64,000 bases of DNA from positions 140,336 to 204,335 of the forward strand of contig JACPJN010000007.1 of NCBI GenBank assembly GCA_016187515.1, written 5' to 3'. The translations under genes and the position numbers were made by a program. Within the stretch, counting starts at the first letter, position 1; each line of letters starts with the position of its first letter. Under the pieces are notes generated by a model, which made no database searches, was not told the origin of the DNA, and was given only the letters and a program-made list of their open reading frames with translations. Positions 6,321 to 16,184 of this stretch are shown here, piece by piece. The stretch comes from Candidatus Uhrbacteria bacterium (lineage in GTDB: Bacteria; Patescibacteriota; Patescibacteriia; GWA2-47-26).

Positions 6321-7595
6321 CTACTGAAGCGCGTAGCCCCAGGCGCGTACGGTTGCCCAATCAATTGGTGACTTCGGAATGCGCCCAAAGACCGCTTTGA
6401 ATTTGGTAATACCGACTCGTTCCTTGACAAGATCCCGTTTGAATCGAATCCGATAAAGCATCGTATTCCAGGCCAGATCTTCTTTAGCAACCTTGAAGTC
6501 CGGCGCGGATTTACCAGTAAGCACTTTCCAGTATTTATCCCGCGCCACTCCGGCTTGCGCCACCTCTTTAGTCAGATTGCGCACCGTCGGCTTTTGTCCG
6601 TTCGAAATCTGCTCCGCAGCCAAGAGGAACTTACCGGCATCAGCGGCCACGGTTGCACCCAAAGTTTCGAGCATATCGCGTACCACCGCCAACCGCTCGC
6701 CAGAACCCAGCGCTTTAACCGCGGAGTTGATTGTTCCATAAGTGACGAAGTTGCTAGCCACTGCGCTGACTTCTGCGCCGAGCGTAACTTTGAATTCGCC
6801 GGCGCTGGATCCTACTTTCGCCGTATTCTGGGTTTCGGCCGCGGTATTGCGGACCACTCCAACGGCTTGCGCAAGAGCAGTCGCGTCTTTAACTATATTG
6901 ACTGAAACAGTGGGTGTAACAATCGGGGCCACCGGTGTTACTCCGGTTGTAGCGGCTGGCGCCGCCACGGTTGGCGCCGCAGTTGGGAAGGTCGGACCGG
7001 TTGCTCCGCCGCCGCCACCACCAGATGCTACTGCGGCTGTTCCACCACCGGAAGAGGTGGTAGTAAATGAGCCAGTCAACGCCGCGCTATCGTTCAGGTT
7101 GTTATCACGAGCGCAAACTGCCACATTATAGGTGGTTCCAGCAGTCAAGCTGCTCAAACTCACTGAGGTAGAAGTTGAGGTAGTAGAGCTTCCGCCGGAA
7201 CATCCGGATTGCGCGCTAGTGCTGTAATGGATCAGATAAGTGGAAATACTGCCGCTGCCAGTGGCAATCGCAGTCCCCAAAGTTGTGGTAGTTGGCGCGG
7301 TCCAGGAAACCGTAACCGAGGTCTGCTGCATACTGCTTGTGGATAAACTCGTAGGCGCTCGCGGCGGGGCATCAGAAGATGTCCTTGCGGCATTATAGCC
7401 ATAGCTTCCGCTGTAGTATCCATAATTTCCTGCGGCTTGGTTCAAGGCCTGCACGCTTTGGTTTACAAACGCGGATGAAAGCACAAAAAGGGTAAATATA
7501 GTAATACCCAGTCCACTTTGCCAGCTCTTCCTCTTTTTCGAATCACTCATCACGTTTTTAAAAATTTTCTCGACAAAATGACCAAAATCTCGCAT
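6321..7595 (-). CDS. secreted/cell-surface protein with N-terminal signal/TM segment, fibronectin type III-like domain and a G/T/A/P-rich linker
   Basis: Hydrophobic N-terminus GLGITIFTLFVLSSAFV. FN3-like pattern SVTVSWTAP...YLIHYS...TTYNVAVCARD. Low-complexity GGGGGGATGPTFPTAAPT linker. Confidence 0.5.
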   Translation of the reverse strand: MRDFGHFVEKIFKNVMSDSKKRKSWQSGLGITIFTLFVLSSAFVNQSVQALNQAAGNYGYYSGSYGYNAARTSSDAPPRAPTSLSTSSMQQTSVTVSWTAPTTTTLGTAIATGSGSISTYLIHYSTSAQSGCSGGSSTTSTSTSVSLSSLTAGTTYNVAVCARDNNLNDSAALTGSFTTTSSGGGTAAVASGGGGGGATGPTFPTAAPTVAAPAATTGVTPVAPIVTPTVSVNIVKDATALAQAVGVVRNTAAETQNTAKVGSSAGEFKVTLGAEVSAVASNFVTYGTINSAVKALGSGERLAVVRDMLETLGATVAADAGKFLLAAEQISNGQKPTVRNLTKEVAQAGVARDKYWKVLTGKSAPDFKVAKEDLAWNTMLYRIRFKRDLVKERVGITKFKAVFGRIPKSPIDWATVRAWGYALQ

Positions 7596-7768
7596 ATATA
7601 TGGGTATTTACGATATTACTTTTAATTAAAGAGAGAATTATCCACACCTTTCGGTGTTTTACATGGTCTATTATAGCACTTTGTATAAAGAACAGAAACC
7701 CTACTTATCCACAACAAACTACCCTAAACTATGGGCCGCAGTCCACCCGCTTGTTCATTAAGACGTAA

Positions 7769-7797
7769 TTGACAACCCTCTTGTTACAATTCATACT
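7769..7797 (+). promoter_or_regulatory. candidate promoter (TTGACA, 17 nt, CATACT) for the 7824 gene
   Basis: -35 at 7769-7774, -10 at 7792-7797, in an AT-rich divergent intergenic region. Confidence 0.3.
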
Positions 7798-7823
7798 ACC
7801 CTACACGCTTACACGCGTAATAT

Positions 7824-9557
7824 ATGGGATTAGTATCCGCTATACAATCCGGGACAGGTCAGCGCGCACTCAAAGCGGCGTCGTTTCTCATTTATCTTAC
7901 AGCGATTGTCCTGGTACTGCCGGGATTTATTTCCTGGGTTCATCGCCTGATCTTTATTGGCTATGGCTTATTCATTTTATGGGTAATCCGAGACAAGTCC
8001 GCCAATAATAAATCAGGGGATGCGGATCCCGAAATAATCCCAGGCAAAAATTTCTGGACGGCTTTACTGATATTTTCTCTACTATATTTATTCTTAGGCC
8101 GCCTTTACATGTTTATCCGCTATGGCGCCTCCCCGCTGGGATATGATACCGGATTCTATTGGCAATATTTTCGCCTCATTATTATTAACGGGAATATCGG
8201 CACCGCGGTCGGTTCGCACCTGACCTATTCTTCGTGGTTTCCGTTGGGATTTTTAGGGTTGCCCGCGCTTACCGTAATTCATCTACTCCACGTCTTCCAT
8301 CAGTTGCTCACCGCCGGCGCGCTTTATTTTCTTCTGCGCTCGCTGCCGTTGCGCAAGTACTCGTTTCCCATCAGCGTACTTGGTGTATTTTTGTTCGCCC
8401 TTTCCATCAACCAATTCATGGCCTTTTGGTGGATGTTTTATAAACAGCTGCTGGCGATTCCGTTTCTCCTTTTGGCCATGGGATTATTTTTCCGCCGCTC
8501 CATAATCGCGATACCGGTCGCCGGGCTTGCCGCCGCTATACATCTTTCAAGCGCCATCCCGCTTGGCTTAGCGTTAATTATATTTATTACTATTCAACTT
8601 CTCATCTGCGTTGCCAAAAGACATCTTCCGGAAAAAGAATTCATCTACCTTATTCTGGCGGGACTACTGGGGTCAATACTGTTCATTGCCCTTAAAGGTA
8701 CCGCGGACATCCACTACTATCTTACGCTGTTTCTCAAGTATAAAGGGCTGGCGACCAACGCGCGCTCCTGGGAGATTGAACAAATCCGCGGACTGTTTAT
8801 TCCCTTTACTACTTTTCGCCTAAACGCGCTCTTCTATCTTCCCTTCGCGCTTATCGGAATCCTACAATTGCGCCGCTTTATCGAAACTCGCCTAACCGAA
8901 CGCACCCTCTTAATTCCCATAACTTTTGCGGCCTCGCTGATTTTGGTCAGCTTTCCATTTATCCACCAAACTCGCTCGCTGATTTTCTTTGACCTTTTAC
9001 TGATTATTTTAGCGGCCGCGCCGATATTTCATTTTATTAAAAACTTCCGGCGCGAGCGTCATGGCACAGTACTGCTCGGCCTCTTATGCTTTGGTTTTGT
9101 GGCCTTTACCTCTAGGGTAATCTGGAATCATGAACCGCAATTGTACGCCGCCGAGGCCGCTGAACTGCGAGTATTGGAACGCCAAGGCACGGCCGAGGAC
9201 CTTCGTAAAATTGACGACTACGTCATGGTGGTCTCTTCGCTCTATACCCCTTGGGCTTATGCGTTTACCGGATTTGGACCAACTATTGTGCCGGGCTGGC
9301 TAACCTGGGATAAATGGGATTTAAAAATGTGGGAGGAATTCTGGTTTAAAGCCAATAATGATCGGCGGCTGCAGCTTCTGCAAATGTACGGAGACCATGT
9401 TATATATATTTTTATTGGAGAACATCAGCTAAAACAGGTTAATACCCCGCGGCTAAAAGAATTTATTGAGACCGATCCGCACTTTACCCGTTTTAGCCCG
9501 CACATCTGGAAATATACGCCGCACCTTCAGGATACCGATTCACCCACAAACCTATGA
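7824..9557 (+). CDS. large polytopic membrane protein, putative GT-C-fold glycosyltransferase (ArnT/PMT/YfhO-like)
   Basis: More than 10 predicted TM helices, then a C-terminal soluble domain. Sits in a glycan locus. Family not resolvable by eye. Confidence 0.35.
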   Translation: MGLVSAIQSGTGQRALKAASFLIYLTAIVLVLPGFISWVHRLIFIGYGLFILWVIRDKSANNKSGDADPEIIPGKNFWTALLIFSLLYLFLGRLYMFIRYGASPLGYDTGFYWQYFRLIIINGNIGTAVGSHLTYSSWFPLGFLGLPALTVIHLLHVFHQLLTAGALYFLLRSLPLRKYSFPISVLGVFLFALSINQFMAFWWMFYKQLLAIPFLLLAMGLFFRRSIIAIPVAGLAAAIHLSSAIPLGLALIIFITIQLLICVAKRHLPEKEFIYLILAGLLGSILFIALKGTADIHYYLTLFLKYKGLATNARSWEIEQIRGLFIPFTTFRLNALFYLPFALIGILQLRRFIETRLTERTLLIPITFAASLILVSFPFIHQTRSLIFFDLLLIILAAAPIFHFIKNFRRERHGTVLLGLLCFGFVAFTSRVIWNHEPQLYAAEAAELRVLERQGTAEDLRKIDDYVMVVSSLYTPWAYAFTGFGPTIVPGWLTWDKWDLKMWEEFWFKANNDRRLQLLQMYGDHVIYIFIGEHQLKQVNTPRLKEFIETDPHFTRFSPHIWKYTPHLQDTDSPTNL

Positions 9558-9961
9558 AAAAATCGCAACTTAAAAAAATCAGCGCTATCTTCGCGCTTAT
9601 CTTAATCGGACTTTTTCTGTTGTTTAAAACCTGGCTGCCGGACCGTGGGGCATTCTTACTTGCCATTGGAATGCCTTTTCTCTATTTTCTGCCGGGATTT
9701 TTAATAACCAAGGCGTTTTTCCGCTCCGGCCTGGATCAAATAGAGACCATTTTTCTGGCCCTGCTCTTTTCTTTAATGTTATCTCACCTGGGCATCTATA
9801 TTGTTGAGGAAACCACTCGCCAAATAACTAGATCGGGCATCGCGTTCACGGTTATCGCAATCAATATCCTAGCCGCGCTTACTTATCTTGTAAGCCGCAA
9901 GCAACTATCGCCCGCGCGCTTGCTTACGCGCTTGCGAAGCAAACTCTACAAACACGACTAG
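9554..9961 (+). CDS. small 4-TM membrane protein, translationally coupled (ATGA overlap) to the upstream membrane protein
   Basis: ATGA start/stop overlap at 9554-9557. Hydrophobic profile. Confidence 0.4.
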   Translation: MKKSQLKKISAIFALILIGLFLLFKTWLPDRGAFLLAIGMPFLYFLPGFLITKAFFRSGLDQIETIFLALLFSLMLSHLGIYIVEETTRQITRSGIAFTVIAINILAALTYLVSRKQLSPARLLTRLRSKLYKHD

Positions 9962-10990
9962 AAACAGCCCCAGGATAAACCCCACTCCGCCAAAGATCGC
10001 GAGCGTCTGATACAAGACGCCCTCCAATGGAAGCCGCGGGAGTCGTGAGGGTTCCAGTGAAACGCGCGTGCTGCGGAAATTATCAATTTGAAAGGTGATA
10101 TTATCAATCACCTGCTGTTGTTCGATTTGCGACCGCTTTAGTTGCGCCACTTCTCCGTCAAGCACAGTACGCTCTTGCGGAAACTGCACAAACAGTTGCT
10201 CTTCAAGCGCGCGGAGTTTTTCACGATGTTTCGCAATAGTGTCATCCAATAAAAGAAAGGTGGTCGCCAGAGATTGATCAATACTTTCTTTGGTTGCTGC
10301 GGAAATCAGCGCTCGCGCCCGATCTTTTTCAGCGGTATTGATCAGGTCTTCGGTTGCCCCTATTTGACGCTTCACCAGCGCTATTTTTTCATCCAGCAAT
10401 TCGCGCTTGCTCGGCAACAACGCTTCCGCTTCTTTCAGTTCATCCAGCTTATGTTCAGCGCGCACTTTTTCTTGCGCCAGCTCTCTTTTCTGCAGTGCGG
10501 CTTGCTCCACATGGTCATCCACCAAACGCTTGGCAATCCTTTTATGGATCTCTAAAAGCGCTGGGGTCGTGCTTTCTCCGCCTTTTGATTCAATCACCAG
10601 CGTATTACTACTCGTGTTTTCCTGGTTTTTGCCTTTCCCTTCTTTTTCTTCTTCTTCACCGTTGATCTTCACCCCATAGCGAGCATCAATATACCCTTCC
10701 TCTTTGGCATGACCCACCAACACCTCAGGAATATAGACACCTTCCAGTTTGGCCTTAACCGAGGGTAATGATTCAATTAGAGTTCCGTCTCCTTTAGTGC
10801 CGATTTCAAAAGCGGTACGATGCACAAATGGAAGCAGGGGGCGGCCCTTAAACTGCACAGTTCCAACCGTTAAAAAAATCACTACAATAAACGCAAACAG
10901 TTTCCAATGCTTAGCCCAGGAATTTATAAAATCCGCCAGGGTAAAGCTGGGTTCGGCTTGATGATCAATCTCGGATGGTCGTTCCATCAT
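9905..10990 (-). CDS. polysaccharide co-polymerase (Wzz/PCP chain-length determinant-like)
   Basis: N- and C-terminal TM helices flank a long charged coiled-coil region (LDELKEAEALL..., LRALEEQL...). Typical Wzz topology. Confidence 0.55.
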   Translation of the reverse strand: MMERPSEIDHQAEPSFTLADFINSWAKHWKLFAFIVVIFLTVGTVQFKGRPLLPFVHRTAFEIGTKGDGTLIESLPSVKAKLEGVYIPEVLVGHAKEEGYIDARYGVKINGEEEEKEGKGKNQENTSSNTLVIESKGGESTTPALLEIHKRIAKRLVDDHVEQAALQKRELAQEKVRAEHKLDELKEAEALLPSKRELLDEKIALVKRQIGATEDLINTAEKDRARALISAATKESIDQSLATTFLLLDDTIAKHREKLRALEEQLFVQFPQERTVLDGEVAQLKRSQIEQQQVIDNITFQIDNFRSTRVSLEPSRLPRLPLEGVLYQTLAIFGGVGFILGLFLVVFVEFASQARKQARGR

Positions 10991-11051
10991 AAACGGCTAA
11001 TTTAGGGCCATACGACTGTTTCGAGTATCCTATCAGATGGCGTTTTCTCTG

Positions 11052-11861
11052 TCAAATGCCGCCGGTTTTAAGCCCTAGCGCAACTATCCAGTAACCGGCG
11101 CGGCCAATCCATTCGTGAAGTGCGGCGAGCGAAGCGCTAAACGCGTCAATGGAGGGAAGCCATTGCAATGGACTTAAAAAAACTGGCTGGGTAACTCGGA
11201 AATCCGCCGGTATTGGCAAAACTTTGATATTGTGCCGCTCCATTACCGAAACGGCGCGCGGCAAATGCGTAGCCGAGGTGACGAGCACAATCGTGTGTTG
11301 CGCCGCCTTCGGGAACCGTTCATCAAGCATGCGGCGCACATAAATTCCGCTTTCGGCGGTCGTGCGGGCCTCAACTTCAGTCCAAAAATCATCCTGGGGA
11401 ATACCCATGGAAACCGCATACTGCTTCGCCAGTCCCGGCTCGCCCGCATATTGATCAAACGGATCTCCGGAAATACCGCTGTATATGATCGGCATTTTTT
11501 TATCGAGCTGGCGATAGATTTCCAGGCCGCGCCAGAGCCGCCGCCAGCTTATTCCGGAAAGTTCGGCAAAGGGCTTGTCTTTACCGGACTGATCAGCCCC
11601 GCCGGCCAAAATCACAATCGCCTCGGCTCCGCCGGTCTCCGGAGACGGCGCCGCAAGATACTGCTGATCCAAACTGCGCGTCAGGAAATATGCCGCTGGC
11701 AAAGTGGACAGCAAATAATAAACGGCGAGGGTCGCGCCAAGGATAAGCTTACCGGCGCGCGTTCTTTTTTTAAGAATCAAAATTAAACTGGCGAGCATCC
11801 CCAGGGCAATAAGCGTCGGCGGCAGAAAAAACGGTTTAATGACTTTTAGGATGGTAAACAT
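11052..11861 (-). CDS. DUF218 (YdcF/ElyC/SanA-like) membrane-anchored protein
   Basis: N-terminal TM helices plus the AIVILAGG motif characteristic of DUF218. Confidence 0.6.
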   Translation of the reverse strand: MFTILKVIKPFFLPPTLIALGMLASLILILKKRTRAGKLILGATLAVYYLLSTLPAAYFLTRSLDQQYLAAPSPETGGAEAIVILAGGADQSGKDKPFAELSGISWRRLWRGLEIYRQLDKKMPIIYSGISGDPFDQYAGEPGLAKQYAVSMGIPQDDFWTEVEARTTAESGIYVRRMLDERFPKAAQHTIVLVTSATHLPRAVSVMERHNIKVLPIPADFRVTQPVFLSPLQWLPSIDAFSASLAALHEWIGRAGYWIVALGLKTGGI

Positions 11862-13687
11862 TTATCAAATTCCTCAATGCGCACGGAAAATTGCCGCACT
11901 TTTACCGGATGACTTAATTTCTGCTCCAGGCCGCGGGCAAAGGCGCGCACCCGTTCTTCTTTAACATTGGCAGACGATACCCAGATTTCGTGTACGGTAT
12001 GTTCGGCCTCCGCCGCGCCGGAGATAAAGTCCTCTTGTTTATGAATGACCAGTCCGGCCATGGCCAGATTCCATTTGTTCGGATCATCATCCACAAATCC
12101 GACAATGTAGTGCTGTCCATAATTGGGATTTTGCAAACATTCCTCGTAGAGCAATTTTCCCGCCTTGCCGGCTCCATACACCACTATGTTTACGGTTTTG
12201 CCGCGCCAGGCGCGCTCCCGAATCACCTCATCAAGAATGCGCATGGACAAGCGGCTGCCGGTTACAAATAAAAACAGCAGAAATCCAAAATTGATAAATA
12301 CGGCCCGCGAGTAACCGTTAAACTGATAAATAATCGCGATCAAGAAAACGCTCATCCCCACTCCGACAATCACGCCTTTCATATATCTTCCCAGATCCGC
12401 GACCGTAATCAAACGCCAAAGTCCCCGATATACTCCGGAAATATAAAATCCAATAAGGCAGGCGGCCACGATAAGCGGCAGTGACTGCACATAATAGGCG
12501 GCCTGCTCCCGCAACAAGCCCTCAAAACGCAAATAATACGCGCCGTAATAACTCGCGGAAATTATCAAAAAATCCAACAGCACTTCGGCGGCGCGCCGTT
12601 TATATAAAAACTCCGTAACGAGCGGTGTCCAACGGCCTTTTTGCTCGCCCTCCGCCGGTTCTTGGTAGGTTTTTACCCGACCCAGATACAACCCCACCAA
12701 AATTAAAAATATGCCGTAGAAGATCAGCAGCGGAACCGCGTAGGATTGCCACAGTTGAATGGCAATCGCCACTAGTCCGCCAACGACCGAAAAACCGTAC
12801 AAAATCAAGACGGCGTGATCTTCGGAAAATCCCAAACCCACCAGCCGGTGCGACGAGTGGTCTTTTCCGCCCTGAAATGGCGAATGTCCGTGCCAGATCC
12901 GATTGAAGCTAACGAGCAGAGTGTCAAAAATCGGAATCGCCAAGACGGCAATGGGTAAAATCAGGGTCAGCATGGCGGAGGAGGTTTTTAGCAAACCACT
13001 GCGATCCAGCGGAATCGCGAGCGCCGCCAACATATATCCGATAAACAAACTGCCGGAGTCCCCCATAAAAATCGAAGCCGGATAACGATTAAAAATCCAA
13101 AAACCGGCGAGCACATAGACAAACACCACGGCCGCAGCGAAAAGAATATCCTGCGGAACCGCCCCGGCGGCGATAATGCGCAAGGCGATAAAGGTCAGCG
13201 CCGCGATGATGGCAATGCCGGAGGCCAAGCCATCCATATTATCCAGCAAGTTCATCGCGTTCATAATGGCGATAAACCAAAAAAAGGTCAGCAGGACATT
13301 GACCAGATGCCAAGGAGTCGCCGCCAAGACCACTCCGGCGGCAATCGGGATGCTTACGGCGATAATCTGACCGATAAGTTTAGTGGCGGGTTTGATGTTT
13401 AGCCGATCATCCACCAACCCGACCACAAAGGCGGTAAGCGCGCCCAAGGCCAGCGCGGATAATTTCCAGGCCAGCGGTCCAATATCAAATAAGATCAAGA
13501 CCGACCCGATACCGGCCGCAAAGGCCAAGCCAATCCCGACTCCGCCGTAAAGGGCGACCGGTTTAGTATGCCAGCGGTTTTTTTGAGGATAGACCACGAA
13601 GCCCCAGCGGTAGGCCAGTGATCCGACAATCCAGACGGCTAGCAAGCTAAATAGAAAAACTCCAAACCCGATAATCACAATGCTCAT
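11846..13687 (-). CDS. polyprenol-phosphate N-acetylhexosamine-1-phosphate transferase (WecA/MraY, GT4-family PNPT) fused to a C-terminal TM + CoA-binding (WbaP/PglF N-terminal-like) module
   Basis: AMNLLDNMDGLASGIAI (the DNxDG PNPT motif). C-terminal NIVVYGAGKAGKLLYEEC Rossmann motif as in the PglF/WbaP N-domain. Confidence 0.7.
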   Translation of the reverse strand: MSIVIIGFGVFLFSLLAVWIVGSLAYRWGFVVYPQKNRWHTKPVALYGGVGIGLAFAAGIGSVLILFDIGPLAWKLSALALGALTAFVVGLVDDRLNIKPATKLIGQIIAVSIPIAAGVVLAATPWHLVNVLLTFFWFIAIMNAMNLLDNMDGLASGIAIIAALTFIALRIIAAGAVPQDILFAAAVVFVYVLAGFWIFNRYPASIFMGDSGSLFIGYMLAALAIPLDRSGLLKTSSAMLTLILPIAVLAIPIFDTLLVSFNRIWHGHSPFQGGKDHSSHRLVGLGFSEDHAVLILYGFSVVGGLVAIAIQLWQSYAVPLLIFYGIFLILVGLYLGRVKTYQEPAEGEQKGRWTPLVTEFLYKRRAAEVLLDFLIISASYYGAYYLRFEGLLREQAAYYVQSLPLIVAACLIGFYISGVYRGLWRLITVADLGRYMKGVIVGVGMSVFLIAIIYQFNGYSRAVFINFGFLLFLFVTGSRLSMRILDEVIRERAWRGKTVNIVVYGAGKAGKLLYEECLQNPNYGQHYIVGFVDDDPNKWNLAMAGLVIHKQEDFISGAAEAEHTVHEIWVSSANVKEERVRAFARGLEQKLSHPVKVRQFSVRIEEFDKCLPS

Positions 13688-14652
13688 ACGCTCTTGCGCT
13701 GCTCTTGAATTACGGATTCCAGGATATTATCCAAAGTCGCCGTAGTTTGCCACCCCGTCAGCGCGCGTAATCGCTCCGTAGACGGAAATCTGCGCTGCAT
13801 ATCTTCAAATCCCTCTTCGTAGGCCTTCTCGTACGGCACATAAATAATCTTGGATTGACTCTTAGTCATGGCAATGACCTTTCGGGCCAGCTCCTCAATA
13901 GTAATTTCGTCTTCATTGCCAATGTTAAAAACCTTGCCGACCGCGGCCGGGTGGTCCATGAGCTTCACCATGGCCGCGACCGCGTCTTTGACATGTAAAA
14001 ATGAACGCAACTGTTTTCCGGTCCCAAATACGGTCAGGTCTTTTCCTTGCAGGGCTTGCTCGACAAACCGCGGTACCACCATGCCATAAACCCCCACTTG
14101 TCGCGGTCCCACCGTATTAAACAATCTGATGATCACGGTCGGCACGGCTTTTTCCTTAAAATATATGTAAGCCAACAATTCATCAATCGCCTTGGCGGTA
14201 GAATACCCCCACCTACTTTTCAAAGGCGACCCTAAGATACGATCGTCATCTTCGCGCAAGGGGCCATTGGTATTTTTCCCGTAAATCTCCGAGGTGGAAG
14301 CCACCAATACTTTTTTATGGTACCGATGCACCATCTCCAGGACAATTTCACTGCCTTTGATATTGGTAATCAACGACTCCAGGGGCTTCGCGACCACGAG
14401 CTCCACTCCCACTGCCGCGGCCAGATGATATACCTGGTCAGCGCGCTCAACCAGCTTATCTACCAACTGCTCATTGAGAATCGTGCCGTTTACAAATTGG
14501 AAACGCTCCTGATTCACCAACGGTTCAATATTGCGCAAACGACCGGTCGAGAGATTATCCAAGACCGTAACGCGATCACCGCGCGCGATTAATGCGTCGG
14601 CAAGATGCGAGCCGATAAATCCTGCTCCGCCGGTAATTAAAACATGGGTCAT
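13684..14652 (-). CDS. NAD-dependent epimerase/dehydratase (UDP-glucuronate decarboxylase / GalE-like SDR)
   Basis: TGGAGFIGSHL Rossmann motif and YSTAK (YxxxK) catalytic motif. UXS-like architecture. Confidence 0.75.
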   Translation of the reverse strand: MTHVLITGGAGFIGSHLADALIARGDRVTVLDNLSTGRLRNIEPLVNQERFQFVNGTILNEQLVDKLVERADQVYHLAAAVGVELVVAKPLESLITNIKGSEIVLEMVHRYHKKVLVASTSEIYGKNTNGPLREDDDRILGSPLKSRWGYSTAKAIDELLAYIYFKEKAVPTVIIRLFNTVGPRQVGVYGMVVPRFVEQALQGKDLTVFGTGKQLRSFLHVKDAVAAMVKLMDHPAAVGKVFNIGNEDEITIEELARKVIAMTKSQSKIIYVPYEKAYEEGFEDMQRRFPSTERLRALTGWQTTATLDNILESVIQEQRKSV

Positions 14653-14676
14653 AACTTCGTACTCGTCAATAAGGTA

Positions 14677-15123
14677 TTACCGTTCTTCCGCTTTCCAAAT
14701 ATCCCAATACCGCGCCTCAAAGCGATAATCATCGGTTTTGGTTTCCTCCAGGGTGTCCGTGGCAAAGTACATGATTTTCGCGTCTGAGGTCAGGGTCATC
14801 GCGCCATTGGCATAGCCGGGCGGTATATACAGTACGGCTGGTTTATTAGCGCTCAACACAAAACGATGTACCTTTGCTTCTTTTGAAGGTGCTTCAAAAT
14901 TATCCAGCCGTACCGCGCCAATCAAAGCCGCGCCGTTTATCACCAACACATATTTACCGGCTTGCTTATGCCCATGCCAGGCGCGCACAAATCCTTGAGC
15001 ATAATTTTCCACCAAATAAAACCGCTTGACTCCGGCAAAATTAAACTCGTTTACAAAAGCGGTTTGCCCGCGGTCGTCAACCGAGAGTCCGCCCGTAATT
15101 ATTCGTGGTTCTTCAGCGGGCAT
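14677..15123 (-). CDS. WxcM/FdtA-like cupin (NDP-sugar 3,4-ketoisomerase-like)
   Basis: About 148 aa cupin with RGxHxH-like WHGHKQ and FVNEF..KRFY pattern. Confidence 0.5.
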   Translation of the reverse strand: MPAEEPRIITGGLSVDDRGQTAFVNEFNFAGVKRFYLVENYAQGFVRAWHGHKQAGKYVLVINGAALIGAVRLDNFEAPSKEAKVHRFVLSANKPAVLYIPPGYANGAMTLTSDAKIMYFATDTLEETKTDDYRFEARYWDIWKAEER

Positions 15124-15131
15124 AAAGCAAG

Positions 15132-16115
15132 TCAGCTGACTGCCTCGTTAATTTCGTTAAAACCATTTTCGTATTTGGCAATGGCCTGCAGGAGATATTT
15201 CTCGTTCGAATAAAACTCATGGTCAAAATTCCGCACGCGGTTGGAAAGCACCAGGCCCTTAATTTCCCGAATGCCATAACGAACATCAAACGGAGTAATC
15301 TCGGGCAAGATCATGGCCGCGCGGGCTTTGGTCGTATCCGCGTTGTAGTTGCGGGGATCCTGAAATTTTCCGGTTTTGGTTTCAATCGCGCACCCGGTTT
15401 CTTGTTGAATCAACGCTCCCACCTGATCAATCGTAATATTTTGGGTCGCCAGATTAAATATCCCGCGATGAGCAGTGTCCAGCGTACGCGCGATGATAAT
15501 CCCGATGTCCTTAATATGGATAAACGGACGCCATTGCTGGCCGCCGAAAATGGTCAACTTCCCTTGGGTCATCGCGTTCATCGTCATATAGTTGATGGCC
15601 AGATCCATCCGGATGCGCGAGAAAGCGTCCGGTATGCCAAAAGCCGTGCCAAGCCGAAAGATCAAGGCGTTGCTGCCTTGCAGATACTGCTCGGCGGCAT
15701 ATTTGGTCTGCGCGTACATGGACAAAGGACTGATGAGCGAATTCTCGGATACCGGATTATCATTCGCGCCATATACTGAACAGGTCGAGGTAAAAATAAT
15801 TCGACCGGTGTAAACTTTGGAAAGCCACGCCAGCGGGTCTTGATTAATTTGCCGAGTCAGTTCGGGTTTAATCGCGCAAGCGCCGTCACCGACAAGCGCC
15901 GCCAGCCAGACGACATGGCTATAGCGCGGCAGAAGCGCGGCTAATTTTTCGCGGTCGCGAATATCGCCATACACAAAATCCGCCGGCTTTAGATAATGAT
16001 TTTCGTAAGTCAAGTTATCGTACACGGTAAATGGAATATTGGCGGCAACCAGCTGATCGGTTACCGCGCCGCCGATGTATCCGGCTCCGCCCACTACCAA
16101 AACTCGTTCGATCAT
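15132..16115 (-). CDS. NAD-dependent NDP-sugar epimerase/dehydratase (extended SDR)
   Basis: VVGGAGYIGG motif, STCSVYG and YAQTK catalytic residues. Confidence 0.75.
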   Translation of the reverse strand: MIERVLVVGGAGYIGGAVTDQLVAANIPFTVYDNLTYENHYLKPADFVYGDIRDREKLAALLPRYSHVVWLAALVGDGACAIKPELTRQINQDPLAWLSKVYTGRIIFTSTCSVYGANDNPVSENSLISPLSMYAQTKYAAEQYLQGSNALIFRLGTAFGIPDAFSRIRMDLAINYMTMNAMTQGKLTIFGGQQWRPFIHIKDIGIIIARTLDTAHRGIFNLATQNITIDQVGALIQQETGCAIETKTGKFQDPRNYNADTTKARAAMILPEITPFDVRYGIREIKGLVLSNRVRNFDHEFYSNEKYLLQAIAKYENGFNEINEAVS

Positions 16116-16184
16116 ACCCGTCTAAATTTTTGACTTTACAAGTAATGTTGTGTCAACGAATTTTATACCCCCTGTTTTTCACTG

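Noticed and set aside
7643-7662. Small hairpin ACACC-TTTC-GGTGT followed by TTTT on the plus strand.
   Set aside because: Only a 5-bp stem, no upstream plus-strand gene, and it lies in an AT-rich divergent promoter region. Likely chance.
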